DNA of 7,095 nucleotides from a virus (Duplodnaviria; Heunggongvirae; Uroviricota; Caudoviricetes): IMG/VR virus record IMGVR_UViG_2734482551_000011; one strand, 5' to 3'. Shown piece by piece: positions 1 to 7,095 of this stretch (position 1 is its first letter; each line of letters starts with the position of its first letter). The notes under the pieces were generated by a model. It saw only the letters and a program-made list of their open reading frames with translations, ran no database searches and was not told where the DNA came from. The position numbers and the translations under genes were made by a program.

Positions 1-28
1 AGGGACAGCTGATAGAAACAGAAGCCAC
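1..28 (-). CDS. insA: IS1 InsA, first 9 codons only (5' partial, continues off window)
   Basis: Minus-strand GTG at 28..26 followed by GCT TCT GTT TCT ATC AGC TGT CCC, i.e. (M)ASVSISCP, the InsA N-terminus as I recall it. Truncated by the window edge. Confidence 0.6.
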
Positions 29-83
29 TGGAGCACCTCAAAAACACCATCATACACTAAATCAGTAAGTTGGCAGCATCACC
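1..83 (-). mobile_element. IS1 insertion sequence, terminal 83 bp including the left inverted repeat (61..83); the rest of the element lies beyond the left window edge
   Basis: Reverse complement of 1..83 reads GGTGATGCTGCCAACTTACTGATTTAGTGTATGATGGTGTTTTTGAGGTGCTCCAGTGGCTTCTGTTTCTATCAGCTGTCCCT, which I recognise as the canonical start of IS1 (terminal inverted repeat followed by the insA start region). Recognised from memory, not searched. Confidence 0.85.
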
Positions 84-402
84 AGCCTTCTTGAGGCTAC
101 CACCTGTTTTCAGGTGTCATTCAGACGTGATTTGCCCCAGATTGGGAAAGCACGCTTTTTTCTCAGCTATCGTCCTCTTATTTTGCCGTTACATTTCTTT
201 TTGCATTCTAATGATTAATTTACAATAATAATATCGGTAATTATTGAGTAATAATAAATTAATTATTGCAAATGTAATTTAATTCCATCTTCGCGTTATA
301 TTCCAATCTTTAATCTCCGCATGGAACAAGTTGCATGCGTGACTATATTAAGACGACTTATAACCACCAAAACATTTGCTTTGCAAGCAAAAACAGTGAC
401 CA

Positions 403-431
403 TTGACTCTAAGAAAATTCCGATCTATTGT
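403..431 (+). promoter_or_regulatory. Candidate sigma70-like promoter: -35 TTGACT (403..408), 17-bp spacer, -10 TATTGT (426..431)
   Basis: Hexamers and spacing read directly from the sequence. The region is very AT-rich, so promoter-like hexamers arise easily by chance. Confidence 0.15.
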
Positions 432-465
432 TAGGGTCATCAAAGTTACTTAACAGTATTCCGAA

Positions 466-567
466 ATGAAAATACAAAGCAAGCTAATTGTCTTATTAAA
501 CATTATTATTGCATTTATATTATTTGAGCTTTTAGCTCAAAAATTTGGTTTGAGTACATTATTTTAA
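466..567 (+). CDS. Hypothetical 33-aa hydrophobic peptide (MKIQSKLIVLLNIIIAFILFELLAQKFGLSTLF), possible small membrane protein; may not be translated
   Basis: ATG at 466, TAA at 565..567, a single predicted hydrophobic helix. No convincing Shine-Dalgarno upstream, and AT-rich DNA encodes I/L/F/K/N-rich peptides by composition alone. Below the ORF-track length cutoff. Confidence 0.15.
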   Translation: MKIQSKLIVLLNIIIAFILFELLAQKFGLSTLF

Positions 568-716
568 AGCAAGATAAACAATATCGGGCACTCTAGTTTT
601 TATAATTAACAATTAAACGTCCATAAAATGTTATTTACTTTTCTTCGCTATTGTCATATCTTAATATAGTGGCTTACGCCACTCTACTTTCATCACATTT
701 TGTACGTTTATGTACT

Positions 717-746
717 CGCCATGAAGCTCTTTCATGGCGATTTTTT
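717..746 (+). terminator. Rho-independent terminator, plus-strand orientation
   Basis: Perfect 9-bp stem CGCCATGAA (717..725) / TTCATGGCG (731..739) with 5-nt loop GCTCT, followed by A then TTTTTT (741..746). On the minus strand the hairpin is not followed by a U-tract. Confidence 0.5.
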
Positions 747-832
747 ATTCTTAATCCAAGAACATACTCCCTACCTATAGCAAAATCACTTTTTTAACAA
801 AAGAATAACGTATTTAGGTAATCATTACGAAT

Positions 833-1414
833 TTACCCTATAGGTGCTACTGGCCATTCAATATCCGGTGCAGTTGATGTATCAACACGGTTCAGCAACA
901 CCCGATACTTTTTCCAAGCTTCCAGCAACAAGGTTTCTTTCTCCGTTGCGATCTCCAGATCCACAGCATCCTGAAGCGGCGCTATATGCTCACTGGCTAC
1001 CTGCATCAGGCTGTTTTTTGTTTCTTCCGCCTCCCGGATCCGGAACAGTTTTTCTGCTTCCGTATCCTTCACCCAGGCTGTGCCGTTCCACTTCTGAAAC
1101 TCCCCTTCCGGGGATAACCAGGTGACATTTTCCGGTAATGAGCCGAGTTCAGAAATAAATAACGCGTCGCCGGAAGCCACGTCATAAACCGTTTTACCCC
1201 GATGATCTTCAACGAGATGCCACGATGACTCATCACTGTTGAAAACAGCCACGAAACCAGCCGGAATATCTGGCGGTGCAATATCGGTACTGTTTGCAGG
1301 CAGACCTGTATGAGGCGGAATATATGCGTCACCTTCACCAATAAATTCATTAGTTCCGGCCAGCAGGTTATAAATTTTTATGGTCCGTGCTTGTTCACTC
1401 ATTCTGAATGCCAT
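833..1414 (-). CDS. tfa: Tail fibre assembly protein Tfa (193 aa)
   Basis: Complete ORF. The translation ([62 protein letters not shown]...) matches phage lambda Tfa almost residue for residue as I recall it. Start ATG 1414..1412 overlaps the stf stop TAA 1416..1414 (TAATG), and a GAGG lies about 8 nt upstream. Confidence 0.95.
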   Translation of the reverse strand: MAFRMSEQARTIKIYNLLAGTNEFIGEGDAYIPPHTGLPANSTDIAPPDIPAGFVAVFNSDESSWHLVEDHRGKTVYDVASGDALFISELGSLPENVTWLSPEGEFQKWNGTAWVKDTEAEKLFRIREAEETKNSLMQVASEHIAPLQDAVDLEIATEKETLLLEAWKKYRVLLNRVDTSTAPDIEWPVAPIG

Positions 1415-4400
1415 TATGCGAGCCTCACAATATAGTTAAATGCGATGTTTTTGACGGTGTTTTCCGCGTTACCAGCAGCGTTAACGGTGATGGTGTGTCC
1501 ATGTGAACCAATCGCAACAGAGTGCGTATGAGCACCAATACCGACAGTATGCGCGTGTGCACCCGCAGATGCTGCTGTGCCGGACAGTGAGTGTGTATGG
1601 TTTCCTTCTGAAGATGATTTACCTACCCATTGGGAGGTGCCACTGGTTAATGAGCCACTGATACCAACCTGATTAGTCCCGCTAACTTGAGTACTCCCTG
1701 CCGGAAACATTCCAGTAGGTTGACTCCCGCTATTCGTTCTGGGCCCAGTCTGACTATGTTGGTGGGCCCCAGCTGAACTTGTAGAGCCGCTCAGACTGTG
1801 CGTATGCGCCCCGGTGTTATTCGTGGATTTAGTGCCGTAATCAAACGACGATGTGGTTTTCGTCCCCAAATCCGTACTGGATGCGCTGGCGCTGTGGGTG
1901 TGCGATTTAATGCCATCCTGTTCCTGAGACAATACGGCACGACCACTGGCGGGCTTGCCCTTAATCGTCCAGCCACGCATATCAGGGATCACGCCTGACG
2001 GATAAGCGGCTGCAAGTTTCGGGTAAGCAGATTTGTCAAAAGTCTGCCCCTGCATCAGGGCATAACCAGACGGAACGGTATCTGATGGCCACGGGATTGG
2101 TGCACCGACTGGATAAAACTCTGCAGGAGGATGAGCCGAGGTGTAAAGCTGCGCCCACGGCGACCAGTTTGCGTCGGTCGTATCCCGTCGTGAACGAATA
2201 AATGCCGGAGCATGAGCACCGCTTGTACCACTCCAGCCGATGAGTAACTCACCTTCGCCAACGGCTGTCATCCCTTTCAGGTGAATGATATTTCCATACG
2301 CTGTTGGATATCCGTTGTTATACACCTCGTATAACTCAAGACCTGCTGCCCCCTGCGTATTGTCTGTCAGCGCGGCTACCCGACCTTTTGAAGCCAGATT
2401 AACTGATGATACTGCTGTTCCACCTGACGGTAGCGCCCCGATCTCTGATGCCGTTGGCTTATTTCTGGAGTTATAGTCCCTTCGCCAGCCAGGTGAATAA
2501 TCTGTTCCGTGATTAATATAGGTAAACTGGGCGTTGGTTGTTCCGCCACCGCTGGATGTGGTCGGAGTGGTAATGCGGATCGTCATCGCTGACTTTATCC
2601 CCATTACTTCAATGACAGCTCCGGCGAGATGAATATTACCGCAGCCAGTATCAGTAATGATTTTATTATTGCCATAAGACCAGGAACCCTTGCACATCCA
2701 GTATGGATGGTTAAATGCTCCCTGAGAATCCAGCCACTCGATAAACTGTGCAGTCGTCCAGTTTCCTGTTGTTGTGCTTACTGACCCACCGAAGGCACGG
2801 CAGGCACCAATATTTTTCGTAAAGGTGTCTTTGCCAGGGATATCCGCACCGTTCTGATCTTTCTGCAGACGTTTCTCAGCATTGTCATTGGCTGCTTTTA
2901 CTGCCTTTGGCGTTGCCGCCAGCGTTTCAGACGTGCTGTTGGTCGCGCTGCTTAGCTGGATTATCCCTTTCTGTGCTGTCGTTGCATCCTGTGCGGTGTA
3001 TTTCCCGTTAGCCAGGTCATACGCGGCCTTAACGGCTTTTGGTGTTGCCGCCAGTGACTCGGAAGTGCTGTTAGTCGCACTACTGAGCTGTACTATCCCC
3101 TTTTTCGTCGTGCTCGCATCCTCAAGCGCCACGGCGGATGCAATATCCTCTGCCCGTTTTGCCGCTGTCTCAGCGCGCGTTGCTGCAGATTCCGCCGTAC
3201 TTTTGCTCTGAGCTGCTGCCGTCGCACTACCAGCAGCCTCTGTCGCCTTCGTGGATGCCGTCGTGGCGCTGCCCTTCGCTGCTGACGCCTGTCTGGTCGC
3301 CTCATCTTTTGAAGCAGACGCCGATGATGCCGATGACGCCGCCGAACTGGCGGACGATGCGGCAGCCGTTTTTGAGGATTCTGCACGGGTTTCCGACGCT
3401 TTCGNNNNNNNNNNNNNNNNNNNNNNNNNNNNNNNNNNNNNNNNNNNNNNNNNNNNNNNNNNNNNNNNNNNNNNNNNNNNNNNNNNNNNNNNNNNNNNNN
3501 NNNNNNNNNNNNNNNNNNNNNNNNNNNNNNNNNNNNNNNNNNNNNNNNNNNNNNNNNNNNNNNNNNNNNNNNNNNNNNNNNNNNNNNNNNNNNNNNNNNN
3601 NNNNNNNNNNNNNNNNNNNNNNNNNNNNNNNNNNNNNNNNNNNNNNNNNNNNNNNNNNNNNNNNNNNNNNNNNNNNNNNNNNTCGGACGTTTTGGCCGCC
3701 TTCGCAGAATTTGCAGCCGCCGTCGCCGAGGAAGCTGCGCTACTGGCGCTTGATGATGCGTTCGTTTCTGATGATTTTGCCGCCTCTTTTGAAGCCGACG
3801 CATCCCGGGCTGAGGTGGCAGCTTCTGACGCTTTCGTGGTCGCGGTGGATGCAGAAGTGGCTGCTGATTGTTGTGACGCTGCCGCATTCGTTTCTAACGT
3901 TTTCGCCGCACCGGCACTGGTAGCCGCCGCGCTTTTTGAGGACTCTGCAGCGGCAGCACTTTTTGAGGCTTCAGTGGCCTTTGTTGATGCCGTTCCTGCG
4001 CTGGAAGACGCTGACTGAGCCGACGAAGCGGCCTGTCCGGCTGACGTGCTGGCTGCACGTGCTGAATCTGCAGCATCAGTCGCATGGGTTGCCGCCTCAC
4101 GGGCTGATGTGCTGGCATCGCTGGCTGATTTCTTCGCGGCTGCCGTGTTCTGTGCCACCGCGGACGCGTTACGCGCCACCTCTTCCACCATCAGCTCAAA
4201 ACGGCGCAGTGCCTCCGGACGGGCATCATCCTCCGTCATGGCACCGAGAAAATCATTCAGCGTACCGGGTCGGGAATCTTCATACACAGTGATGGTCCCG
4301 GCATGTGACGGCGGGAATCCTTCCACCAACAGAATAACGCTGTACTGACCGTACTCAACGTCCATGCTGTAACGCCCGGCTTCATCCGGATTTTCTGAGG

Positions 4401-4515
4401 CCAGCGTGTTCACCACCACCGTGGTGCTGTTACGTTTTGCTTTCAGCTGGATTGTGCAGTTCTGTACCGGTTTTCCTGTGCCGTCTTTCAGTACACCTGA
4501 AATCTTTACTGCCAT
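1414..4515 (-). CDS. stf: Side tail fibre protein Stf (about 1033 aa including 94 masked residues)
   Basis: N-terminus [26 protein letters not shown] and C-terminus ...[49 protein letters not shown] match lambda Stf as I recall it. Long Ala/Ser/Thr-rich low-complexity region and His-x-His motifs in the distal part. I prefer ATG 4515..4513 (GGGG-rich SD-like sequence upstream) over the ORF-track GTG at 4521. The N-run 3405..3682 lies inside the gene and the frame is continuous across it. Confidence 0.9.
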   Translation of the reverse strand: MAVKISGVLKDGTGKPVQNCTIQLKAKRNSTTVVVNTLASENPDEAGRYSMDVEYGQYSVILLVEGFPPSHAGTITVYEDSRPGTLNDFLGAMTEDDARPEALRRFELMVEEVARNASAVAQNTAAAKKSASDASTSAREAATHATDAADSARAASTSAGQAASSAQSASSSAGTASTKATEASKSAAAAESSKSAAATSAGAAKTLETNAAASQQSAATSASTATTKASEAATSARDASASKEAAKSSETNASSSASSAASSATAAANSAKAAKTSXXXXXXXXXXXXXXXXXXXXXXXXXXXXXXXXXXXXXXXXXXXXXXXXXXXXXXXXXXXXXXXXXXXXXXXXXXXXXXXXXXXXXXXXXXXXXXKASETRAESSKTAAASSASSAASSASSASASKDEATRQASAAKGSATTASTKATEAAGSATAAAQSKSTAESAATRAETAAKRAEDIASAVALEDASTTKKGIVQLSSATNSTSESLAATPKAVKAAYDLANGKYTAQDATTAQKGIIQLSSATNSTSETLAATPKAVKAANDNAEKRLQKDQNGADIPGKDTFTKNIGACRAFGGSVSTTTGNWTTAQFIEWLDSQGAFNHPYWMCKGSWSYGNNKIITDTGCGNIHLAGAVIEVMGIKSAMTIRITTPTTSSGGGTTNAQFTYINHGTDYSPGWRRDYNSRNKPTASEIGALPSGGTAVSSVNLASKGRVAALTDNTQGAAGLELYEVYNNGYPTAYGNIIHLKGMTAVGEGELLIGWSGTSGAHAPAFIRSRRDTTDANWSPWAQLYTSAHPPAEFYPVGAPIPWPSDTVPSGYALMQGQTFDKSAYPKLAAAYPSGVIPDMRGWTIKGKPASGRAVLSQEQDGIKSHTHSASASSTDLGTKTTSSFDYGTKSTNNTGAHTHSLSGSTSSAGAHQHSQTGPRTNSGSQPTGMFPAGSTQVSGTNQVGISGSLTSGTSQWVGKSSSEGNHTHSLSGTAASAGAHAHTVGIGAHTHSVAIGSHGHTITVNAAGNAENTVKNIAFNYIVRLA
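2901..3108. repeat. Imperfect tandem direct repeat inside stf: two units at about 2901..2973 and 3033..3108, period about 132 nt
   Basis: The units are roughly 75-80% identical by eye and encode the repeated motif KGI(V/I)[11 protein letters not shown](S/T)[11 protein letters not shown], which resembles the known phage tail-fibre repeat. Confidence 0.5.
3405..3682. other. N-run (278 nt) of masked or unassembled sequence inside the stf repeat region
   Basis: Literal n characters. The flanking stf sequence is in frame with the N-run length, so the length may be real. Confidence 0.99.
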
Positions 4516-4526
4516 ATTCACCCCAC

Positions 4527-4553
4527 AAAAAAGCCCGCCTGAACCGGCGGGCT
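4527..4553 (-). terminator. Rho-independent terminator (minus strand) between lom and stf
   Basis: Minus-strand RNA: 8-bp stem AGCCCGCC / GGCGGGCT (plus coordinates 4532..4553) with loop GGUUCA, followed by a U-tract (plus-strand A-run 4527..4531). It ends about 12 nt upstream of the stf ATG. Confidence 0.6.
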
Positions 4554-4579
4554 GTCATAACACTGTGTTACCTGGCTAA

Positions 4580-5409
4580 TCAGAATTTATAACCGACACC
4601 CACGATGAAACCGTCAGTGCGCCAGAGACGTGTTGCTGTGGCGACCGTCATCACTTCCGGNNNNNNNNNNNNNNNNNNNNNNNNNNNNNNNNNNNNNNNN
4701 NNNNNNNNNNNNNNNNNNNNNNNNNNNNNNNNNNNNNNNNNNNNNNNNNNNNNNNNNNNNNNNNNNNNNNNNNNNNNNNNNNNNNNNNNNNNNNNNNNNN
4801 NNNNNNNNNNNNNNNNNNNNNNNNNNNNNNNNNNNNNNNNNNNNNNNNNNNNNNNNNNNNNNNNNNNNNNNNNNNNNNNNNNNNNNNNNNNNNNNNNNNN
4901 NNNNNNNNNNNNNNNNNNNNNNNNNNNNNNNNNNNCAGAGACGTGTTGCTGTGGCGACCGTCATCACTTCCGGTCAGCACGTCGTGCGTTTTCCCCTTGT
5001 TGTCAGTTACGCGGAGATAATCCCCGGAGAAAGTCGACACACGGCTGTAAGCCACACCCGCCATCGCATACGCGCTGAACCATTCATTCACGCGCACAGA
5101 CGGCCCCGCCATCACGCTGAACCAGCGGTTACGCACGGAATCTTCATGCCAGCGGGTATCGCTGTAACGGGTCAGCTGGCGATTCTTGTCTCCTGCATAG
5201 CTGAATGACGTCACCAGCCCCAGCGTATCCGTAAACTCATAACGGTATTTCACGTTAATCCCGTTCAGATCATCACTGCCGGGAACGTTGGTCCGGGCAT
5301 GAAGATACCCCGCGCTCAGCGTGGACTGATGTTCAGACGCCCATGCAGGCGCACCGGATACGGCCAGACAAATGGCTGCGGACAAAATGGCGGCACAAAC
5401 TTTACGCAT
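4580..5409 (-). CDS. lom: Lom (Lom/Ail/PagC-family outer membrane protein), interrupted by an N-run; frame integrity uncertain, possibly a pseudogene or a mis-assembly
   Basis: ATG 5409..5407 with SD GAGAGG upstream. 158 codons (signal-peptide-like MRKVCAAILSAAICLAVSGAPAWA, then ...GINVKYRYEFTD...SVMAGP...AYAMAGVAYSR...GSDDGRHSNTSL) resemble lambda Lom. A Lom-like C-terminus WRTDGFIVGVGYKF with stop at 4582..4580 is present, but in a different frame from the body. The span is 830 nt, not a multiple of 3. Confidence 0.75.
4623..4660. repeat. 38-bp direct repeat, lower copy, abutting the N-run
   Basis: cagagacgtgttgctgtggcgaccgtcatcacttccgg is identical (38/38) to 4936..4973. Confidence 0.95.
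4661..4935. other. N-run (275 nt) inside lom
   Basis: Literal n characters, flanked on both sides by the identical 38-mer. Confidence 0.99.
4936..4973. repeat. 38-bp direct repeat, upper copy, abutting the N-run
   Basis: Identical to 4623..4660. In the lom frame it encodes GSDDGRHSNTSL. Confidence 0.95.
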
Positions 5410-5433
5410 AATTACCTCTCGCTTTTCTGCAAT

Positions 5434-5457
5434 AAAAAAGGCGTCATTCCTGACGCC
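5434..5457 (-). terminator. Rho-independent terminator (minus strand) between J and lom
   Basis: Minus-strand RNA: 7-bp stem GGCGUCA / UGACGCC (plus coordinates 5440..5457) with loop GGAA, followed by UUUUUU (plus-strand A-run 5434..5439), about 25 nt after the J stop and about 25 nt before the lom ATG. Confidence 0.55.
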
Positions 5458-5479
5458 ATTTATTGGGGTTATAAATATT

Positions 5480-7095
5480 TCAACGAATACTGATGCCGGA
5501 AGCCGCTTTTTTGGTCACAATCACCGTACAGTCGGTGATATTGCCTGCCCCCTGATTGCCTTTCTGGAAAATCTTAAACTCCAGAGTGACGCTACCACCA
5601 CCACTAGGCATATCAATAACTGCACTGTAACTACCGGGAATGGCCCCTTTAGTTTCTCTGGATGCGATTAATACGCCGTTTTTGCGAACTTCAAAACCAT
5701 AACCCGTGTATCGCGTGCCTCCTGGGTTATTTCCGCTCCCCGGATCGTCATACGCTATACCGTTAAAAATAATGGGCGGAATAATAATCTGGCGGTCAAA
5801 GTTATGATCATCGCTTATGGTGACTGTAACCGTCCCGTTTGGTGTTTCCGTGTTACCCCACGTACCAGCCTGTTTCGGAAATGATTTGGATACAGCTTTA
5901 ACGAAGTCACCTCTGACCTGAGTCGCCTCCAGCATGCCCTTAATCGTACAGTTTTCATTTACCGTGACATTGTTGAGCGTCCCGGCGTTCGCATTCACAC
6001 TGCCACTGATATCCGCATTTTTAGCGGTCAGCTTTCCGTCCGGAGTCAGGGAAAATGCCGATGGATTTCCACCGCTGGTAATGGTGGGGGCCGTCAGGCG
6101 TTTCAGGAACACGTCGTTCATGAATATCTGATCGCCCTGACCAACAAACATCGGTTTTGTGTTGCCATTCGCAGGATTAACCATCGCAATCCTGTCCGCC
6201 GCCAGCAGCACCTGACTCTGCATGCCGTCAGGGGTGTTCTCAATACCGGCACCAATACCCGCGATATAAAGGCGTCCGTCCTGCATCTGCTGCAGCTTCA
6301 CAGCCCACATGCTGTTCAGGTTATTATTTGTATCAACCTGAACCTTCTGTATCTGCTGAATTGCCGCACTCTGGTCTTCCAGTTTCTTATTGACGGTCTG
6401 CGTGATTTCATTGCTGACATCCGTAATGGACGTCCTGATTTCAGCCAGGTCAGGCGCAAGCTGACCGTTATCAATCTGCGTCCACAGCTCCTGAGCCAGA
6501 TGGGTTTTCCCTATCTCGCCTTTGAAAAAATCCAGATAACCGGATGCATCATCACTCGGCTGACCAACAGCCTCCACGAATGCCGATTTGCCAACGGTGT
6601 TCACACTGCGGATATAAAAGTAATAATCATGGCCCGGTTTGATATTGATACTGGCGGCTATCCAGTACAGCGCCGTGCCAAGATAGCGTGCTGTGGTTTC
6701 AACCTGCCTGATATCCGCAATCCGCTTTTCCGAGAACCAGAACTCAAACTGTACCGTCGGATCATAAACCGCAAGATGCGGCGTGGCGGTTATCTGAAAA
6801 TAGCCCGGCGTCAGCTCAATCCGCGACAGCGCTGCCGGTGCGGCAATCCGGAACGATACCGACGCCGGATCGCCCTGCTGCCCCCACGCATTTACTGCCC
6901 GGACTGTCAGCCTGTAGTTCCCCAGCGCCAGTTGTGTGAAGCGGTAAGTGGTTTCCGTCGTCCGGGCCGTGCTGACCAGCCGCTCACTGCCGTCATCCGC
7001 TGTTACGGTCAGACGGAGCAGGAAGCTCACGCCCTTCACCACCTTCGGCGTGTCCCAGCGCGCCAGCACCTGATATTCCCCGCTGTCTGCGGTGA
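5480..7095 (-). CDS. J: Host specificity protein J (central tail fibre / tail tip), C-terminal ~538 codons; 5' partial, continues beyond the right window edge
   Basis: The translation (...[35 protein letters not shown]...[46 protein letters not shown]...) matches the C-terminal half of lambda J as I recall it. The frame stays open from 7069 to 7095, and the ORF-track M at 7069 is an internal GTG codon. Stop TGA at 5482..5480. Confidence 0.9.
   Translation of the reverse strand, partial: TADSGEYQVLARWDTPKVVKGVSFLLRLTVTADDGSERLVSTARTTETTYRFTQLALGNYRLTVRAVNAWGQQGDPASVSFRIAAPAALSRIELTPGYFQITATPHLAVYDPTVQFEFWFSEKRIADIRQVETTARYLGTALYWIAASINIKPGHDYYFYIRSVNTVGKSAFVEAVGQPSDDASGYLDFFKGEIGKTHLAQELWTQIDNGQLAPDLAEIRTSITDVSNEITQTVNKKLEDQSAAIQQIQKVQVDTNNNLNSMWAVKLQQMQDGRLYIAGIGAGIENTPDGMQSQVLLAADRIAMVNPANGNTKPMFVGQGDQIFMNDVFLKRLTAPTITSGGNPSAFSLTPDGKLTAKNADISGSVNANAGTLNNVTVNENCTIKGMLEATQVRGDFVKAVSKSFPKQAGTWGNTETPNGTVTVTISDDHNFDRQIIIPPIIFNGIAYDDPGSGNNPGGTRYTGYGFEVRKNGVLIASRETKGAIPGSYSAVIDMPSGGGSVTLEFKIFQKGNQGAGNITDCTVIVTKKAASGISIR

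Noticed and set aside
101-116. Perfect 6-bp inverted repeat CACCTG-TTTT-CAGGTG next to the IS1 end
   Set aside because: It is short, is not followed by a U-tract, and is expected by chance at this length. There is no supporting context for a binding site or terminator.
84-832. Prophage attachment site or tRNA gene at the prophage boundary
   Set aside because: I found no tRNA-like sequence (no cloverleaf-compatible arms or conserved T-loop motif) and no recognisable lambda attP-like core. The boundary of the island is instead an IS1 end.
844-1350. ORFs 844..1125 (+) and 1069..1350 (-) overlapping tfa
   Set aside because: They are embedded in the tfa CDS, whose translation matches lambda Tfa almost exactly. 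These are alternative or antisense frames with no support.
2882-4348. Plus-strand ORFs inside stf (2882..3211, 3138..3923, 3251..4018, 3936..4292, 4046..4348), minus-strand alternative-frame ORFs (3093..3887, 3894..4118), and short ORFs 1791..1976, 1798..1998, 2055..2261, 2285..2476
   Set aside because: They lie antisense to or out of frame with the well-supported stf CDS, in GC-rich low-complexity sequence where long open frames occur by chance. Several are kept open only by the N-run (X residues). None has recognisable protein features.
4519-4521. GTG at 4521 as the stf start (ORF-track MNMAVK...)
   Set aside because: ATG at 4515..4513 gives the lambda-like N-terminus MAVKISG and has a G-rich SD-like sequence upstream. 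The GTG lies within the terminator U-tract and spacer.
3405-4935. The two N-runs as biological features such as a CRISPR array, low-complexity DNA or a planted element
   Set aside because: N characters carry no sequence information. There are no repeat-spacer units anywhere in the window. Both runs sit inside recognisable genes and are most simply masked or unassembled sequence.
4605-5208. ORFs 4605..5078 (+), 4630..5208 (+) and 4614..4967 (-) spanning the lom N-run
   Set aside because: They are open mainly because Ns translate to X. 4614..4967 (-) is an out-of-frame reading of the 38-mer (upper copy) and the lom-frame reading of its lower copy; it is used as evidence in the lom finding, not called as a gene.
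5299-6131. Plus-strand ORFs 5299..5493, 5372..5671 and 5934..6131
   Set aside because: They are antisense to lom and J, with no RBS or homology signal. The J/lom intergenic hairpin explains the local structure better.
7067-7069. ORF-track start codon for J at 7069
   Set aside because: It is an internal GTG. The frame stays open to the window edge (...[16 protein letters not shown]) and matches the interior of lambda J, so J is 5'-truncated by the window rather than starting here.

Overview
This window is the distal end of a lambda-like prophage tail operon, with every gene on the minus strand in phage-lambda order: the C-terminal part of host-specificity protein J (open to the right window edge), lom, the side tail fibre gene stf, and the tail fibre assembly gene tfa. 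Left of tfa lies about 750 bp of AT-rich DNA with no long ORF, and the window begins inside an IS1 element whose terminal 83 bp occupy 1..83. Intrinsic terminators sit between J and lom and between lom and stf (both minus strand), and a plus-strand terminator sits at 717..746. Two N-runs (3405..3682 in stf, 4661..4935 in lom) hide sequence; the lom one is flanked by identical 38-mers and the lom reading frame is inconsistent across it. I see no CRISPR array, tRNA or rRNA, and no evidence of a novel multi-gene system such as a defence island. The unexplained parts are the AT-rich island next to IS1 and the lom anomaly. All homology statements come from my memory of phage lambda and IS1 sequences, not from a database search.
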